A stretch of 64,000 nt of DNA, from the NCBI GenBank assembly GCA_038087875.1, contig JAXLNO010000143.1:124001-188000 (forward strand). Reading direction: 5' to 3'. The notes under the pieces are model-generated. The model made no database searches. It worked only from the letters and a program-made list of their open reading frames with translations, and was not told where the DNA came from. This DNA is from Malacoraja senta (lineage: Eukaryota). The first letter of the stretch is position 1; each line of letters starts with the position of its first letter. Positions 63,253 through 64,000 of the stretch are shown here, in pieces. The position numbers and the translations under genes are program-made.

Positions 63253-64000
63253 GGGAAAGTTCAAGCCTCCACCATCTCCTCAGGCAGCGTGTTCCAGATT
63301 GCAACCACCCTCTGGGTGAGTTTAATCTCATCCACGTCCGTTTTATTGTTCTGTTAGTATAGTCTGGTCTGCAGTTCCTTGTTCCATCATCTTATTCTAA
63401 ATGCTGACTCCAAATACTACGTTTCCTCATCTGTTCTTGCCCCATCAGAGATATTATCCCCTTTGTTCCACCAATCCACCACAACCCCTCTCTACAACTG
63501 AAAACTTGTTTTTGTTGCTGTTTCCTACTCTGGTGAAGGGTCTCTGATCTGAAACTGAACTGTTTCTTTCTCCACAAATGCTGTCGAACCTGCCGAATGT
63601 TTTTTGAATTTTCTTCCATTTTTATTTCAGATTTTCAGCATCTGCGGTTCTTTGCTTTACACGTTCATTTTGATGTTGTGACCTGTCAACAATGAATCAA
63701 AGGAGATCAGATACGTGGTGTCGTAATCTACTGGGATTCAAGTAACTAGTAAGTGTTTCAATGGGAAGGTTCTGCCTACTCGGGATGGGACTCCATTTTA
63801 GTTTAGTTTAGAGATACAGCACGGAAACAGGCCCTTCAGCCCACCGAGTCCACGCCGACCAGCGATCCCCACACACTAACACTATCCCACACACACTAGG
63901 GACAATTTACACTGAAACCAAGTAGACCGTGGGCCAAGGTGCTTTTTCGTTTCATTTTGTGACCCAAATTATGTATTTACCTGTATTTGTAACATATTAT

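Overview
Repeat-rich vertebrate genomic DNA. The repeat inventory (CR1/HER1-type, Rex1, Penelope, DIRS, V-SINE-like) suggests a cartilaginous fish such as a skate or ray; this is inferred from repeat content only. Spliced exons of three genes lie among the repeats. (1) A giantin/GOLGB1-like gene on the minus strand (exons 4940-5005, 1643-1789, 14-127, continuing off the left edge). (2) A PRDM9 gene in two oppositely oriented halves: KRAB remnant, SSXRD and PR/SET exon 1 on plus (37252-52701), and PR/SET exons 1-3 on minus (16083-11498). Both halves are disabled and no zinc-finger array was found. (3) The 5' exons of a decayed SUN2-like gene on minus (29125-23081). The main structural signal is an inversion. 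A Harbinger-type MITE is cut at 21840 and its missing end lies reversed at 50297-50362, and the SET exon 1 block is duplicated in inverted orientation (12822-17313 vs 50363-54039). This split the PRDM9 gene and left SUN2 5' exons, PRDM9 SET exons and the giantin-like gene in series on one strand. Also present: an L1 with an open ORF2 (~1230 codons), a second L1 inserted into the YADD codons of a CR1, a Helitron in both duplicate arms, and Academ-like transposon remnants. All calls were made by eye and from recalled protein motifs; no database searches were run.
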